Assembly (NCBI GenBank): GCA_963737525.1
Contig: CAVTTD010000039.1
Coordinates: 5,113 to 69,112, forward strand
From: an uncultured Actinomycetota bacterium
GTDB taxonomy: Bacteria; Actinomycetota; UBA4738; HRBIN12
DNA length: 64,000 nucleotides
Direction: 5' to 3'
The notes below the pieces were generated by a model. That model saw only the letters and a list, made by a program, of their open reading frames with translations. It was not told where the DNA came from and did no database searches. The translations under genes were made by a program, and so were the position numbers. Shown here one piece after another: positions 19,537 to 28,467 of this stretch. How positions within the stretch are numbered: position 1 is the stretch's first letter; each line of letters starts with the position of its first letter.

Positions 19537-22500
19537 GCGCGACCACCACCTACCCGCAGGAGATCCTCGACGTCCTCGGCGGGCGGCCCCCCACCCAGGA
19601 GCAATGGCGTGCGATCACGTGGCCGCTCGAGCCGTTCGTGCTGGTGGCCGGCGCCGGCTCCGGGAAGACCTCGGTCATGGCGGCGCGGGTCGTCTACCTC
19701 GCGCTCGTCGCGCTCGGGCGTCTCCCCGCGGACCACGCCGGAGTCCTTCCCGGCAACGTGCTCTGTCTGACGTTCACGAACAAGGCGACGGAGAACCTGC
19801 AACAACGGGTCCGCCGCGCCCTGGCCGGACTGGATCTCCCCGACGGCGAGGAGCCCGAGATCACCAACTACCACGGGTTCGCCGCCCAGCTCCTCGACCG
19901 TCATGGCGTGTTGATCGGGATCGAGCCGAACCAGCGGGTCCTCACACCCGCTCAGCGCGTCGAGCTCTGCGGGCGGGTCCTCGACCGGATGACGTTCGAC
20001 GTCGTCGAAGCCCAGAGGCTCCCCGGGGTCGTCGATCGGATCCTGACCCTCGACGATCAGGCGGCCAACCACTTCCGGTCCCCCGACGAGATCGTCGAGT
20101 TCAACGAACAGCGGCTCGAGGAGCTCAAGGATCATCGCTCGGATCGCGCGTACGGGTCCGCCAGGGAGCGCATCGAGCTCGCGAAGGCCTGCTCCGTGTT
20201 CCGCGAGCTCAAGCGGGAGCTCGGCGTGATCGACTTCGGCGATCAGATCGAGCTCGCGCTCAACATCGTCGAGCGACACCCGGAGGTCGCTCGCCAGTAT
20301 CGCGATCGCTTCGCCGCGGTGCTGCTCGATGAGTACCAGGACACCAACGTGGCCCAGGCGCGGCTGATGGCGGGTGTCTTCGGGGACGGCCACCCGGTGA
20401 CGGCGGTCGGCGATCCCGATCAGAACATCTACGCGTGGCGCGGAGCGTCGCTCTTCAACCTGCTCGAGTTCCCGAACCAGTTCCGCAAGCTCGACGGAGG
20501 AGAGGCCACCAAGCTCCCTCTGTACACCAACTTCCGTTCCGGCGCCCGGATCCTCGAGGCGGCGGATGTCCTGATCGGGCAGCTCCCTGCGCAGCAGCGC
20601 CCGGACCCGGACAAGCGGCTCGTGCCGTGGGAGGAGAACGGCCTCGGCGAGGTCCACGTGGCACGCATCTCCGACGAGGTGAAGGAGGCCGCCTGGGTCG
20701 CGGATCGCATCGTGTCGTTGCACGAGAACGGTGCCGCGTGGTCCGACTGCGCCGTGTTGTGCCGGACGTCGAGGCTCTTCCTCTCGCTGCAGCAGGCGTT
20801 CAACGAACGCGGGGTGCCCGCGGAGATCCTCGGGCTCGCGGGGTTGCTCAAGATGCCCGAGGTCGTCGAGGTGCTCGCGTACGCGCGCGCGACGCTGGAC
20901 CCTCTGGCCAGCGTCGCGCTCGGCCGGATCCTGCTGGGACCGCGGTATCGGGTCGGCTTCAAGGACCTGGCGCTCGTCGCCTCGCTCGCCAAGACCAAGA
21001 GCTACGCCCTCCGCGAGGAGGACGAGACCGAGGGCGAGGCCACGCCCTTCCTGTTCACGGAGGCGTTGGAGCACCTGGACGAGGTCGAGGGGATCTCCGA
21101 GGAGGGGCGGGCGCGTCTCGATGAGTGTCGCCAGGAACTGGCGGCGCTCCGCGTCGAGGCGCGCCGCCCCGTGGGCGAGTTCCTGGGCGAGATCATCCGG
21201 CGCACCGGCATCCTGACCGAGCTCGACGCCCATCTGGACATGGCGTCCGCCGCGTCGGCTCGGCGCAACCTGGCGGCGTTCCTGGACGAGGTGCACGCCT
21301 TCTCGCCGGTCCAGGGGGAGCTCACGCTGCGCGCGTTCCTCGAGTACGTCGACGCCGTGGAGAACCTCGACAAGCAGGAGTGGTCGCCGGTCCAGCCCTC
21401 GGAGGAGGACTCGGTGAAGGTGATGACGATCCACGTCGCGAAGGGGCTCGAGTTCGACCACGTCTTCGTGCCCGGCCTCGCGAAAGGGCTCTTGCCCAAC
21501 ACGACGATCCAGCACAATCCGGCCGAGCGCGGGAAGTCGATGGACTTCGAGCTCCGCGGGGACGCCTCCTATCTGCCTCGGTACGAGGGCAACCTGTCCG
21601 CGTTCAAGAAGGACCTGAAGCAGCAGGAGGAGTACGAGGAACGGCGCACCGCCTACGTCGCGATGACCCGAGCCCGCCGGAGCCTGCACGTGACCGGCGC
21701 ACATTGGTACGCGGAGAACCTCCGCGCCAAGGAGGCGGGGCCCTTCCTCCGCGAGCTGAAGGATTGGGTCGTGGAGACGAAACACGCCACGTGGGACCCG
21801 GGCGCCGACATCGACGAGGAGAACAACCCGATCCTCGGATACCGCGAGCGGTTCGTTCGTGACTGGCCCGGACCCGCACTGCCGGCCGTCGCAGACACCG
21901 TGTTCCCGGAAGGGTGGCGGCACGCCGCCGTCGTCGCGAGCGACGCCGGCGCGGTTCAGGGATCGCTCCTGGGATCGCTCGACGACGAGCAACGCGGCGC
22001 ACTCGATCGACTCTCGGCGGACCGCCGTGGGTTGGCGCTGCACCTCAAGGAACGCGAGGAGGCGGAGGGCACGGGCCGCGAGATGGCGCCGCCGCAGTCC
22101 GTGTCGGTCGGTGGCGTCATCGACTACTCGCGCTGCCCGAAGCGCTTCTACTGGACATCGGTACGACCGCTCCCGCGTTTCTCGGGACCCGCGGCGCGGA
22201 TCGGCACCGAGATCCATCGCTGGATCGAGCGGCGCTCATCGGGACAGGGACAGCTCCTGGAGCTCGATGACGCGCCGGACCTCACCTCGGAGGAGCTGGC
22301 GGACCAGCCGGGCAAGGTCGACCGCCTGCGGCAGGCGTTCCTCGCCAGCCGTTTCGCGGGGAAGGTCCCGCTCTTCGCCGAGCGGGCGTTCCTCCTCCGC
22401 ATGGAGGGGTTCGCCGTGTCCGGGCGGATCGATGCGGTGTTCGGGGAGTCCGTCGACGCGCCGTGGGAGATCGTCGATTGGAAGACCGGACGACGTCCGG

Positions 22501-22790
22501 ACGACGACGACCCGCTCGCCGGACTCCAGCTCGATCTCTACGGTCTCGCGTGCATCGAGGTCTGGGGGAAGCGGGCCCAGGACCTCACGCTCACGTACCT
22601 GTACCTGGCCGGTGGTGAGGAGGTCTCGCATCCGATGGACGATCCGGACGAGGTTCGTGCCCGGGTCTCGGAGTCGCTCCGCGGGATCGGCGCCGGAGCG
22701 TTCGATCCGTTGCCGGGGCCGTGGTGCCACCACTGCGACTTCCTGTCGTTCTGCGAGGCCGGCCGAGCGTGGACGACGCAGGACGCGTGA
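19533..22790 (+). CDS. adnB: ATP-dependent helicase-nuclease AdnB-like subunit
   Basis: AGAGSGKT, CLTFTNKA, LLDEYQDTN, VGDPDQNIYAWRGA, NFRS, TIHVAKGLEF, YVAMTRAR; nuclease GRIDAV/VDWKTG/QLDLY; CPKRF...CHHCDFLSFC. Confidence 0.88.
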   Translation: MSATTTYPQEILDVLGGRPPTQEQWRAITWPLEPFVLVAGAGSGKTSVMAARVVYLALVALGRLPADHAGVLPGNVLCLTFTNKATENLQQRVRRALAGLDLPDGEEPEITNYHGFAAQLLDRHGVLIGIEPNQRVLTPAQRVELCGRVLDRMTFDVVEAQRLPGVVDRILTLDDQAANHFRSPDEIVEFNEQRLEELKDHRSDRAYGSARERIELAKACSVFRELKRELGVIDFGDQIELALNIVERHPEVARQYRDRFAAVLLDEYQDTNVAQARLMAGVFGDGHPVTAVGDPDQNIYAWRGASLFNLLEFPNQFRKLDGGEATKLPLYTNFRSGARILEAADVLIGQLPAQQRPDPDKRLVPWEENGLGEVHVARISDEVKEAAWVADRIVSLHENGAAWSDCAVLCRTSRLFLSLQQAFNERGVPAEILGLAGLLKMPEVVEVLAYARATLDPLASVALGRILLGPRYRVGFKDLALVASLAKTKSYALREEDETEGEATPFLFTEALEHLDEVEGISEEGRARLDECRQELAALRVEARRPVGEFLGEIIRRTGILTELDAHLDMASAASARRNLAAFLDEVHAFSPVQGELTLRAFLEYVDAVENLDKQEWSPVQPSEEDSVKVMTIHVAKGLEFDHVFVPGLAKGLLPNTTIQHNPAERGKSMDFELRGDASYLPRYEGNLSAFKKDLKQQEEYEERRTAYVAMTRARRSLHVTGAHWYAENLRAKEAGPFLRELKDWVVETKHATWDPGADIDEENNPILGYRERFVRDWPGPALPAVADTVFPEGWRHAAVVASDAGAVQGSLLGSLDDEQRGALDRLSADRRGLALHLKEREEAEGTGREMAPPQSVSVGGVIDYSRCPKRFYWTSVRPLPRFSGPAARIGTEIHRWIERRSSGQGQLLELDDAPDLTSEELADQPGKVDRLRQAFLASRFAGKVPLFAERAFLLRMEGFAVSGRIDAVFGESVDAPWEIVDWKTGRRPDDDDPLAGLQLDLYGLACIEVWGKRAQDLTLTYLYLAGGEEVSHPMDDPDEVRARVSESLRGIGAGAFDPLPGPWCHHCDFLSFCEAGRAWTTQDA

Positions 22791-22793
22791 TCG

Positions 22794-23228
22794 CTAGCCC
22801 GAGGAGCGGGACACGAGGCGTTCGATCTGCTCGGGGAACCGGCGGTAGTTCGCAGCGGGGTCATAGCCGCCGGCGGTGACCCCGGGGACCGATCTCGCGA
22901 CCAGACCCGTCTCGGCCGGGACGCGGACCTGCGCGACGGCTCGGAACCATCCGAGGTCGCCCGGCGGCAGGACCGATTCCCCGCTGGTCCCCGGGTAGCG
23001 GAGCGAGGGATCGTCCACCACGATCGGAGTCGAGCGGAACGCATGCTCGATCGACGCCTTGAGCTTCGGGTCCTCGGCCTCCACGATCACTCGGTCCCCC
23101 AGCCAAACGGCCGAGGCGACGGCGGGGGGCGGCTCCGGCGGAGGTGGTGGCGGGCCGGGCGGAGGCGGTGTGGCAACGGGCTCGGCGGGCTCCGCGGGAT
23201 GGTGGAACTCGACGCGGAGAGGGCTCAC
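22794..23228 (-). CDS. Hypothetical protein with a poly-Pro stretch
   Basis: GTG at 23228 overlaps the upstream stop; PPPPGPPPPPPEPPP followed by a globular domain. Confidence 0.6.
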   Translation of the reverse strand: MSPLRVEFHHPAEPAEPVATPPPPGPPPPPPEPPPAVASAVWLGDRVIVEAEDPKLKASIEHAFRSTPIVVDDPSLRYPGTSGESVLPPGDLGWFRAVAQVRVPAETGLVARSVPGVTAGGYDPAANYRRFPEQIERLVSRSSG

Positions 23229-23647
23229 CGGGCGAGCGAGTGGTCGACCCGCCGAACCATCCTCGCCAGCGACGCGAGCAGCGCGCGCGCGAGGTCGGCG
23301 TCCTCCTTCACCAGCCGCAGGAAAGAGGACCGGGTCAGCCGAAGGAGCGACAAGGGTGTCTCGGCGACCACCGATGCGGATCGTGGGCGGCCATCGAGCA
23401 ACGAGATCTCGCCGAAGTGATCCCCGGGGATCAGGCGGTGGAGCGTCTTCCCACCGGACACGACCCTGGCCTGCCCGGAGACCGTGACGAAGAACGAGTC
23501 GCCCGGCTCGCCCTCCTGGATGACCGTATCCCCCGCGTTGTACTCGACGGTCGACGTCAGTCCCGCGATCTTCTTCAGATGCCGCTTCGAGAGGGATTCG
23601 AACAGCGGCACCGCCGCGATGACGCCATCGAGCTTCGCCTTCGCCAA
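23225..23647 (-). CDS. Stand-alone cyclic nucleotide-binding domain protein
   Basis: RBS GAGGAGG then TTG; VPLFESL, IQEGEPGDSFFV, phosphate-binding cassette FGEISLLDGRPRSASV. Confidence 0.9.
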   Translation of the reverse strand: MAKAKLDGVIAAVPLFESLSKRHLKKIAGLTSTVEYNAGDTVIQEGEPGDSFFVTVSGQARVVSGGKTLHRLIPGDHFGEISLLDGRPRSASVVAETPLSLLRLTRSSFLRLVKEDADLARALLASLARMVRRVDHSLAR

Positions 23648-23700
23648 CGTGACCTCCTCGGGAGTGCGGCGAGGCAAGCCTAGCGCGTCCGGCGCGGGCG

Positions 23701-23734
23701 CGTGTCGGCGACCGCCGGTACGGTCGCCGACACG
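23701..23734. repeat. Perfect 14-bp inverted repeat in the divergent intergenic region
   Basis: CGTGTCGGCGACCG-CCGGTA-CGGTCGCCGACACG, immediately followed by AAGGAG (SD of the Crp-like gene). Confidence 0.75.
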
Positions 23735-23747
23735 AAGGAGTGGTGGC

Positions 23748-24356
23748 GTGGTGAGCATGGCCAGTGACCCACTCCCCCTCATGTTCGATGTCCACCCCGA
23801 GCGGGAGGTCATCTCCCAGGGCGAGCCCTATCCCGACGCGTGGGTGGTCCGATACGGAGCACTCCTGATGGAGGTGGTCGACCCCGACGGGCATCGGCTG
23901 GCGCTCGACGTGCTGGGACCCGGGGACCTCGTGGGCGGTCCGTCCGGATGGGCGGCCGACGCATCGGTCCGCGCGCTCGTGACGAGCGGGCTCTTCGCCG
24001 CCGGACCGAATGCGCTCCGCGACGGATTGGCCCGGCGTGCTCGGCGTGCGTCGTGGCTCGCCTGCTCGGTCGCCTGGGATCGGATCGCGGATCGTCTCGC
24101 AACCAGGCTCGACGATCTCGCCGTTCGCTTCGGCCGTCCGGTCCCGGGAGGACGGTGTCTGGAGCTGCCGCTCACGCAGGAACACCTTGCGGGATTGACG
24201 GGCGCCACCCGGGAAAGCGTGAACCGAGCGCTCGCCGAGCTCGCGACGGCCGGGCGGGTGGAGCGGAGCCGCGGGCGGTACGTCATCCGCCCGGCCGCCG
24301 CGCCGGATGAGGCGGTGCGACTATCCCTCGGCCTGCAGCATCGCAAGGGAGCATGA
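23748..24356 (+). CDS. Crp/Fnr family transcriptional regulator with a degenerate effector domain
   Basis: ISQGEP...LDVLGPGDLVG; HTH LPLTQEHLAGLTGATRESVNRALAEL. Confidence 0.85.
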   Translation: MVSMASDPLPLMFDVHPEREVISQGEPYPDAWVVRYGALLMEVVDPDGHRLALDVLGPGDLVGGPSGWAADASVRALVTSGLFAAGPNALRDGLARRARRASWLACSVAWDRIADRLATRLDDLAVRFGRPVPGGRCLELPLTQEHLAGLTGATRESVNRALAELATAGRVERSRGRYVIRPAAAPDEAVRLSLGLQHRKGA

Positions 24357-25184
24357 GTTGCAGTACCGGGCCTTGCCCTTGACCCTCCGGCCGCAGCGCT
24401 GACACGTTCTCGGCGTCGACGCGATCCACGGCCCGTCGTCCGTCTTGCCGGTGCGCTCGGCTCGCCCCTCATCGGCGAGCTTCAGCAGGTGCGCAAGGAC
24501 GGAGCGGGCCGCCAGCGGACGCACATCCTTCGGATGGTCGGCGTAGATCACTTCAACCATCTCGGCGATCGTGCGCGGTCCGTCGGCGAGCGCCCCGAGC
24601 ACCTGTGCCTCCCGCTCTTCACGATGAGCGACGTACTCGAGGAGCTTCTCCCGCCCTCGAAGGACGACCGGCCCGTGACCCGGATAGATGGTCTGCGGAT
24701 CGAGCTCCACCATCCGCTTGAGCGACCGCAGGTACGCGGCGAGGTCGCCGCCCGGAGGATCGATGAAACTCGTGCCTCGCCCCAACACCGCATCGCCGGT
24801 GAACAGGGCGCCGCTGCCGGGTTCGAAGAACGCGACGTGATCCGAGGTGTGTCCGGGCGTGTGGATCGCCGTCAGGTCGAGGACGCCGGCCCGCACATGC
24901 TGGTTGGCGCGGAGGGGTTCCGCGCCGACCAGCCGGTAGGCGTACAACGGCGCACCGACGAGCTCCGCGAAGGGGAGGGCGCCCGGCGCATGGTCCGGAT
25001 GGTCGTGCGTGACCAGGACGGCGCTGACCCGCCCCGCCTGACGGGCGACCTCGGCCAGATGCTCCGGCATGTCGGGCCCCGGGTCGATGACGATCGAGGG
25101 CTCGCTCCCGACGATCCACGTGTTCGTTCCCTCGAGCGTGTAGACGCCGGGGTTGGGAGCCAACACTCGTCTGATCGGAAGCAT
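24321..25184 (-). CDS. MBL-fold metallo-hydrolase (LACTB2-like) with a C-terminal zinc ribbon
   Basis: PNPGVYTLEGTNTW, THDHPDH, HTPGHTSDH, FTGD, YPGHG; tail CQRC...YCNSC. Confidence 0.92.
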   Translation of the reverse strand: MLPIRRVLAPNPGVYTLEGTNTWIVGSEPSIVIDPGPDMPEHLAEVARQAGRVSAVLVTHDHPDHAPGALPFAELVGAPLYAYRLVGAEPLRANQHVRAGVLDLTAIHTPGHTSDHVAFFEPGSGALFTGDAVLGRGTSFIDPPGGDLAAYLRSLKRMVELDPQTIYPGHGPVVLRGREKLLEYVAHREEREAQVLGALADGPRTIAEMVEVIYADHPKDVRPLAARSVLAHLLKLADEGRAERTGKTDDGPWIASTPRTCQRCGRRVKGKARYCNSCSLAMLQAEG

Positions 25185-25822
25185 CAGTCTTGGTAGAAGA
25201 CCGACCGCGGCAGCAGCCCGAGGTCGTCGTCGTCCGGCTCGCGCGTGGAGATCCGAACCCCCAGTACCTCGTCGGCATCTCGACAATCCGCGAGCGCCTT
25301 CATCGTGAAATGGGTGGGCCAGTACAGGAGGAGGTCGCCGGACTCCCATGCCTGCATCAAATGGCGAGGTGATGCCCACCAGGCCTTCGCCGCCTCGACG
25401 CCGTCCGGCGCGGGTTCGGTCGCGCCGTCCATGCGCGCGGCGAAGTAGCGAGCGTCGAAACGGACCGGCACCTGCTCGGGCGCGATCCAGCGGGCGACCT
25501 CCGGCAATCGCGAGACCGGGGGCGGCGCCTCGTCGATGCGCGCGAGCAGGCGCTCTCGATCGACCCCGACGACCGTCTCCCGGGTCACGGCCAGCCCCAC
25601 CTCCTCGACCAGCTCCCTGATCGCGGCCGCGCGGGAGGCCTCCTCAGCGTCGCCGAACCAACGCTCGGCCAGAGGCGCGTCGTCGGGATCGACGGCGCCT
25701 CCGGGGAAGGCGATGTATCCCGGAAGGAATCGGTGGTCGAGCGTTCGTTCGATGACGAGCACCTCCGGTCCATCCGAGCCATCGCGAACCCCGATCAGGG
25801 ACGCCGCCTGCGCGGATCTCAT
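25184..25822 (-). CDS. NUDIX hydrolase
   Basis: FPGGAVD...AAIRELVEEVG, RFDARYF, LLYWPT. Confidence 0.88.
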   Translation of the reverse strand: MRSAQAASLIGVRDGSDGPEVLVIERTLDHRFLPGYIAFPGGAVDPDDAPLAERWFGDAEEASRAAAIRELVEEVGLAVTRETVVGVDRERLLARIDEAPPPVSRLPEVARWIAPEQVPVRFDARYFAARMDGATEPAPDGVEAAKAWWASPRHLMQAWESGDLLLYWPTHFTMKALADCRDADEVLGVRISTREPDDDDLGLLPRSVFYQD

Positions 25823-25867
25823 CGCTCACCGGTCCGATGCTACCCAGGAGCCCGTACGCTGGAGCTC

Positions 25868-26902
25868 GTGGATGTGCGCGACGCGATCGCGAGCGCGATC
25901 CGGGATCACGGCCCGATCACGTTCGCCGAATACATGGAGCTCGCGCTCTTCGGTTCCGGGGGGTTCTTCGAAGATCCGCCGATCGGTCCCGACGGTCATT
26001 TCGTCACGAGCCCGCACGTCCATCCCGTGTTCGCCGAGCTGCTCGGGCGCGCGATCGTGGACCTGCACGGCCGGCTGGGCGAGCCTCGCCCCTTCTCCGT
26101 CACGGAGCTCGGCGCGGGCGACGGCACGCTCGCGCGAGAGCTCGTGGATCACCTCCGGCCCCTGGACGCCGTCTACCACGCGGTCGAGACGAGTCCGGGC
26201 GCTCGCCGGGCGCTCGCCGCGATCGAAGGGGTCCACGTGACGGAGCGTCTGGAAGGGTCCTCCCAGCTGATCGTGGCCAACGAGCTCATGGACAATCTCC
26301 CGTTCCGCCGGCTCCGCGGCACGGCCTCGGGGACGAAGGAGGTGCTCGTGGGGCTCGACGGGGATCGATTCGTCGAACGGCTCGGCGATCCCGCTCCGGT
26401 CGAGGCCGTCACACTCGCCGACGGAGAGGAAGCGGTGCTCCCCGAGGGTGCCCTCGCATCCATCGAGGAGATCGCCGCCCGGCTCGCCCACCCCGGCTAC
26501 GCGCTCCTGATCGACTACGGCGGGGTGGGCGAGCCGGGCGGCCCACCCCACGGCTATCGCGCGCAGCGGCCCGTCGAGGACCTCCTCGAGCGACCCGGCT
26601 CCACCGACATCACCTCGGGGCTCGACTTCGAGCTCCTCGGTGCCCACGCGGAGCGGCACGGACTGATCGCATTCCCCAGCGTGACACAGCGCCACGCGCT
26701 CACCGCGCTCGGCTTCGACCGCTGGGTCCACGAGCAGCTGCGACGGCAGGCCGAGCTCCTGGATGGCGGGGAGGGACTCGACGCGGTGAGGGCCTGGGGC
26801 GGGCGGAGCCGCGCCACGCTGTTGGTCGACCCATCGGCGCTCGGCCGGCTCCGGTGGCTCCTGCTCGCGACCCCCGGTCTCCGGTCGCCCTCCTGGATGT
26901 GA
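25868..26902 (+). CDS. SAM-dependent methyltransferase, MidA/NDUFAF7 family
   Basis: GPITFAEYMELALF, HFVTSP, ELGAGDGTLA, VANELMDNLP, LLIDYG, TDITSGLDF. Confidence 0.9.
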   Translation: MDVRDAIASAIRDHGPITFAEYMELALFGSGGFFEDPPIGPDGHFVTSPHVHPVFAELLGRAIVDLHGRLGEPRPFSVTELGAGDGTLARELVDHLRPLDAVYHAVETSPGARRALAAIEGVHVTERLEGSSQLIVANELMDNLPFRRLRGTASGTKEVLVGLDGDRFVERLGDPAPVEAVTLADGEEAVLPEGALASIEEIAARLAHPGYALLIDYGGVGEPGGPPHGYRAQRPVEDLLERPGSTDITSGLDFELLGAHAERHGLIAFPSVTQRHALTALGFDRWVHEQLRRQAELLDGGEGLDAVRAWGGRSRATLLVDPSALGRLRWLLLATPGLRSPSWM

Positions 26903-26920
26903 GGCTCCACGAGCTCCGGT

Positions 26921-26949
26921 TTGACCGGCGGTTCAGCTGACGCTACCGT
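26921..26949 (+). promoter_or_regulatory. Housekeeping sigma70-type promoter
   Basis: TTGACC-N17-TACCGT, upstream of SD AAGGAGG and ATG 26980. Confidence 0.6.
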
Positions 26950-26979
26950 CCGCTTGCCCTCACCCCGAAGGAGGCCCCG

Positions 26980-28461
26980 ATGACCCGCCGCCTGTTGGTC
27001 TCGCTCGTCGTCGTCGCGACCATCGTCGCCGTCGCGATGTTCGTCCGAACCCCCAGCTCCACCGTCGGGGAACGTCGCGGCGATCGTGCCGGTGAAGAAC
27101 AGGGTGAGGAACAGGGCGAGGATCGGGGAGGCGCCGAAGAGCTGCAGGAGCAGCAGGAATCCACCCAGGAACGCCTCGAGGCCCTGAAGGCGGCGCGAGC
27201 CGCCGGTCGCTTCGGGAAGCGCCAGAGGATCCTCGCGGCACCCGCCGCCGGCTGGGCCGGCGAGCAACTCATGAACGTGAGCACCGACGACTGGGAGCCG
27301 GCGATCGCGGCCGACCCGAACGCGCCGTTCGTCTACATGATCGCCACGCGCTACGCGCCGAAGCCCTGCCCCGGGAACTGCCCCTCGCCGTGGATGGCCC
27401 TCGAGGTCTCCTCGGACGGAGGAGCGACGTGGGGTCCCGGTGCTCCCTTGTGCGCGTGCAAGGGGTCGGGGCAGTTCGACCCGATCATCGAGGTCGTCCC
27501 CAACACGGGCCAGGTCTACGCCCTGTACATGAACGGGTTCAACGTGGTGTTCACGAAGTCCACGAACCACGGTCAATCGTGGTCGACGCCGGTCAAGACC
27601 TACGGCCAGGTCTCGTGGAACGACAAGCCGGTGCTCGCGATGAGCAACGACGGCCAGCACGTGTACGTCTCCTGGAACGGGCCGAACGCCGGCGACCCCT
27701 GGGTCGCCCAGTCCCACGACGGCGGTGCGACGTGGACCCAGACCAAGCTCCTCGACAGCACCAGGTACTTCTTCGCCTACGACGCCGACGTCCTCCCGAA
27801 CGGGACGGTGGTGTTCTCGGAGAGCAGCATCAACTACGGCGGCCAGGGGTCGACCCCCTCGGGTCAGGTTGAGCACCGTGTGTTCGTCTCCTCCAACCAA
27901 GGGGGGTCGTGGCAGAACGTCCTCGTCGACTCTGTGGAGATCGGTGAATCGTGTGTCGCGGCGGGCTGCTCGTCGGACTTCTACATCGGTCACAGCGGGG
28001 TGTCCGCCGACGCGTCGGGCAACCTCGTGATGGTCTACGACGGTGCCACGACACCGGGAGGCAAGCAGCTCATCTTCTCTCGACGGTCGACGAACGGCGG
28101 ACTGACGTGGTCGGCTCGCACGACGCTGTCGCTCGCGAGCGAGCAGTCCACCGCTCCCACGGTGGAATCACGCCTCGCCGGAGACGTGCGGGTCTGGTAC
28201 GCACAGACGAACGGTGGGAATCACGACGCCTGGAACATCTGGTATCGGAGCTCCACGGACGGTGGAGTGAACTGGACGTCGCCCGTCAAGATCTCCGACG
28301 CGAGCACGGGGGCCGACTACAAGACGGCGAACGGGTTCCAGGAGTTCTACGGCGACTACGGCGAGATCGCGATCACCAACACGGGGAAGACGATCGGAGT
28401 CTGGAGCGAGGGCTTCAGCTACTCGGGACCCGGAGGGGCGTGGTTCAACCGGCAAACCTAG
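26980..28461 (+). CDS. Exported Asp-box (BNR) beta-propeller protein, sialidase-like
   Basis: N-terminal TM/signal; six Asp-boxes SSDGGATW, STNHGQSW, SHDGGATW, SSNQGGSW, STNGGLTW, STDGGVNW. Confidence 0.85.
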   Translation: MTRRLLVSLVVVATIVAVAMFVRTPSSTVGERRGDRAGEEQGEEQGEDRGGAEELQEQQESTQERLEALKAARAAGRFGKRQRILAAPAAGWAGEQLMNVSTDDWEPAIAADPNAPFVYMIATRYAPKPCPGNCPSPWMALEVSSDGGATWGPGAPLCACKGSGQFDPIIEVVPNTGQVYALYMNGFNVVFTKSTNHGQSWSTPVKTYGQVSWNDKPVLAMSNDGQHVYVSWNGPNAGDPWVAQSHDGGATWTQTKLLDSTRYFFAYDADVLPNGTVVFSESSINYGGQGSTPSGQVEHRVFVSSNQGGSWQNVLVDSVEIGESCVAAGCSSDFYIGHSGVSADASGNLVMVYDGATTPGGKQLIFSRRSTNGGLTWSARTTLSLASEQSTAPTVESRLAGDVRVWYAQTNGGNHDAWNIWYRSSTDGGVNWTSPVKISDASTGADYKTANGFQEFYGDYGEIAITNTGKTIGVWSEGFSYSGPGGAWFNRQT

Positions 28462-28467
28462 CCGGCG

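Noticed and set aside
19422-22217. Very long alternative ORFs (931 aa antisense to adnB; also 17179..19014, 22794..24185, the N-terminal parts of 37995..40427 and 44278..46725)
   Set aside because: Shadow ORFs typical of high-GC DNA, with R/G/P-rich composition and no motifs. Only the embedded real genes were kept.
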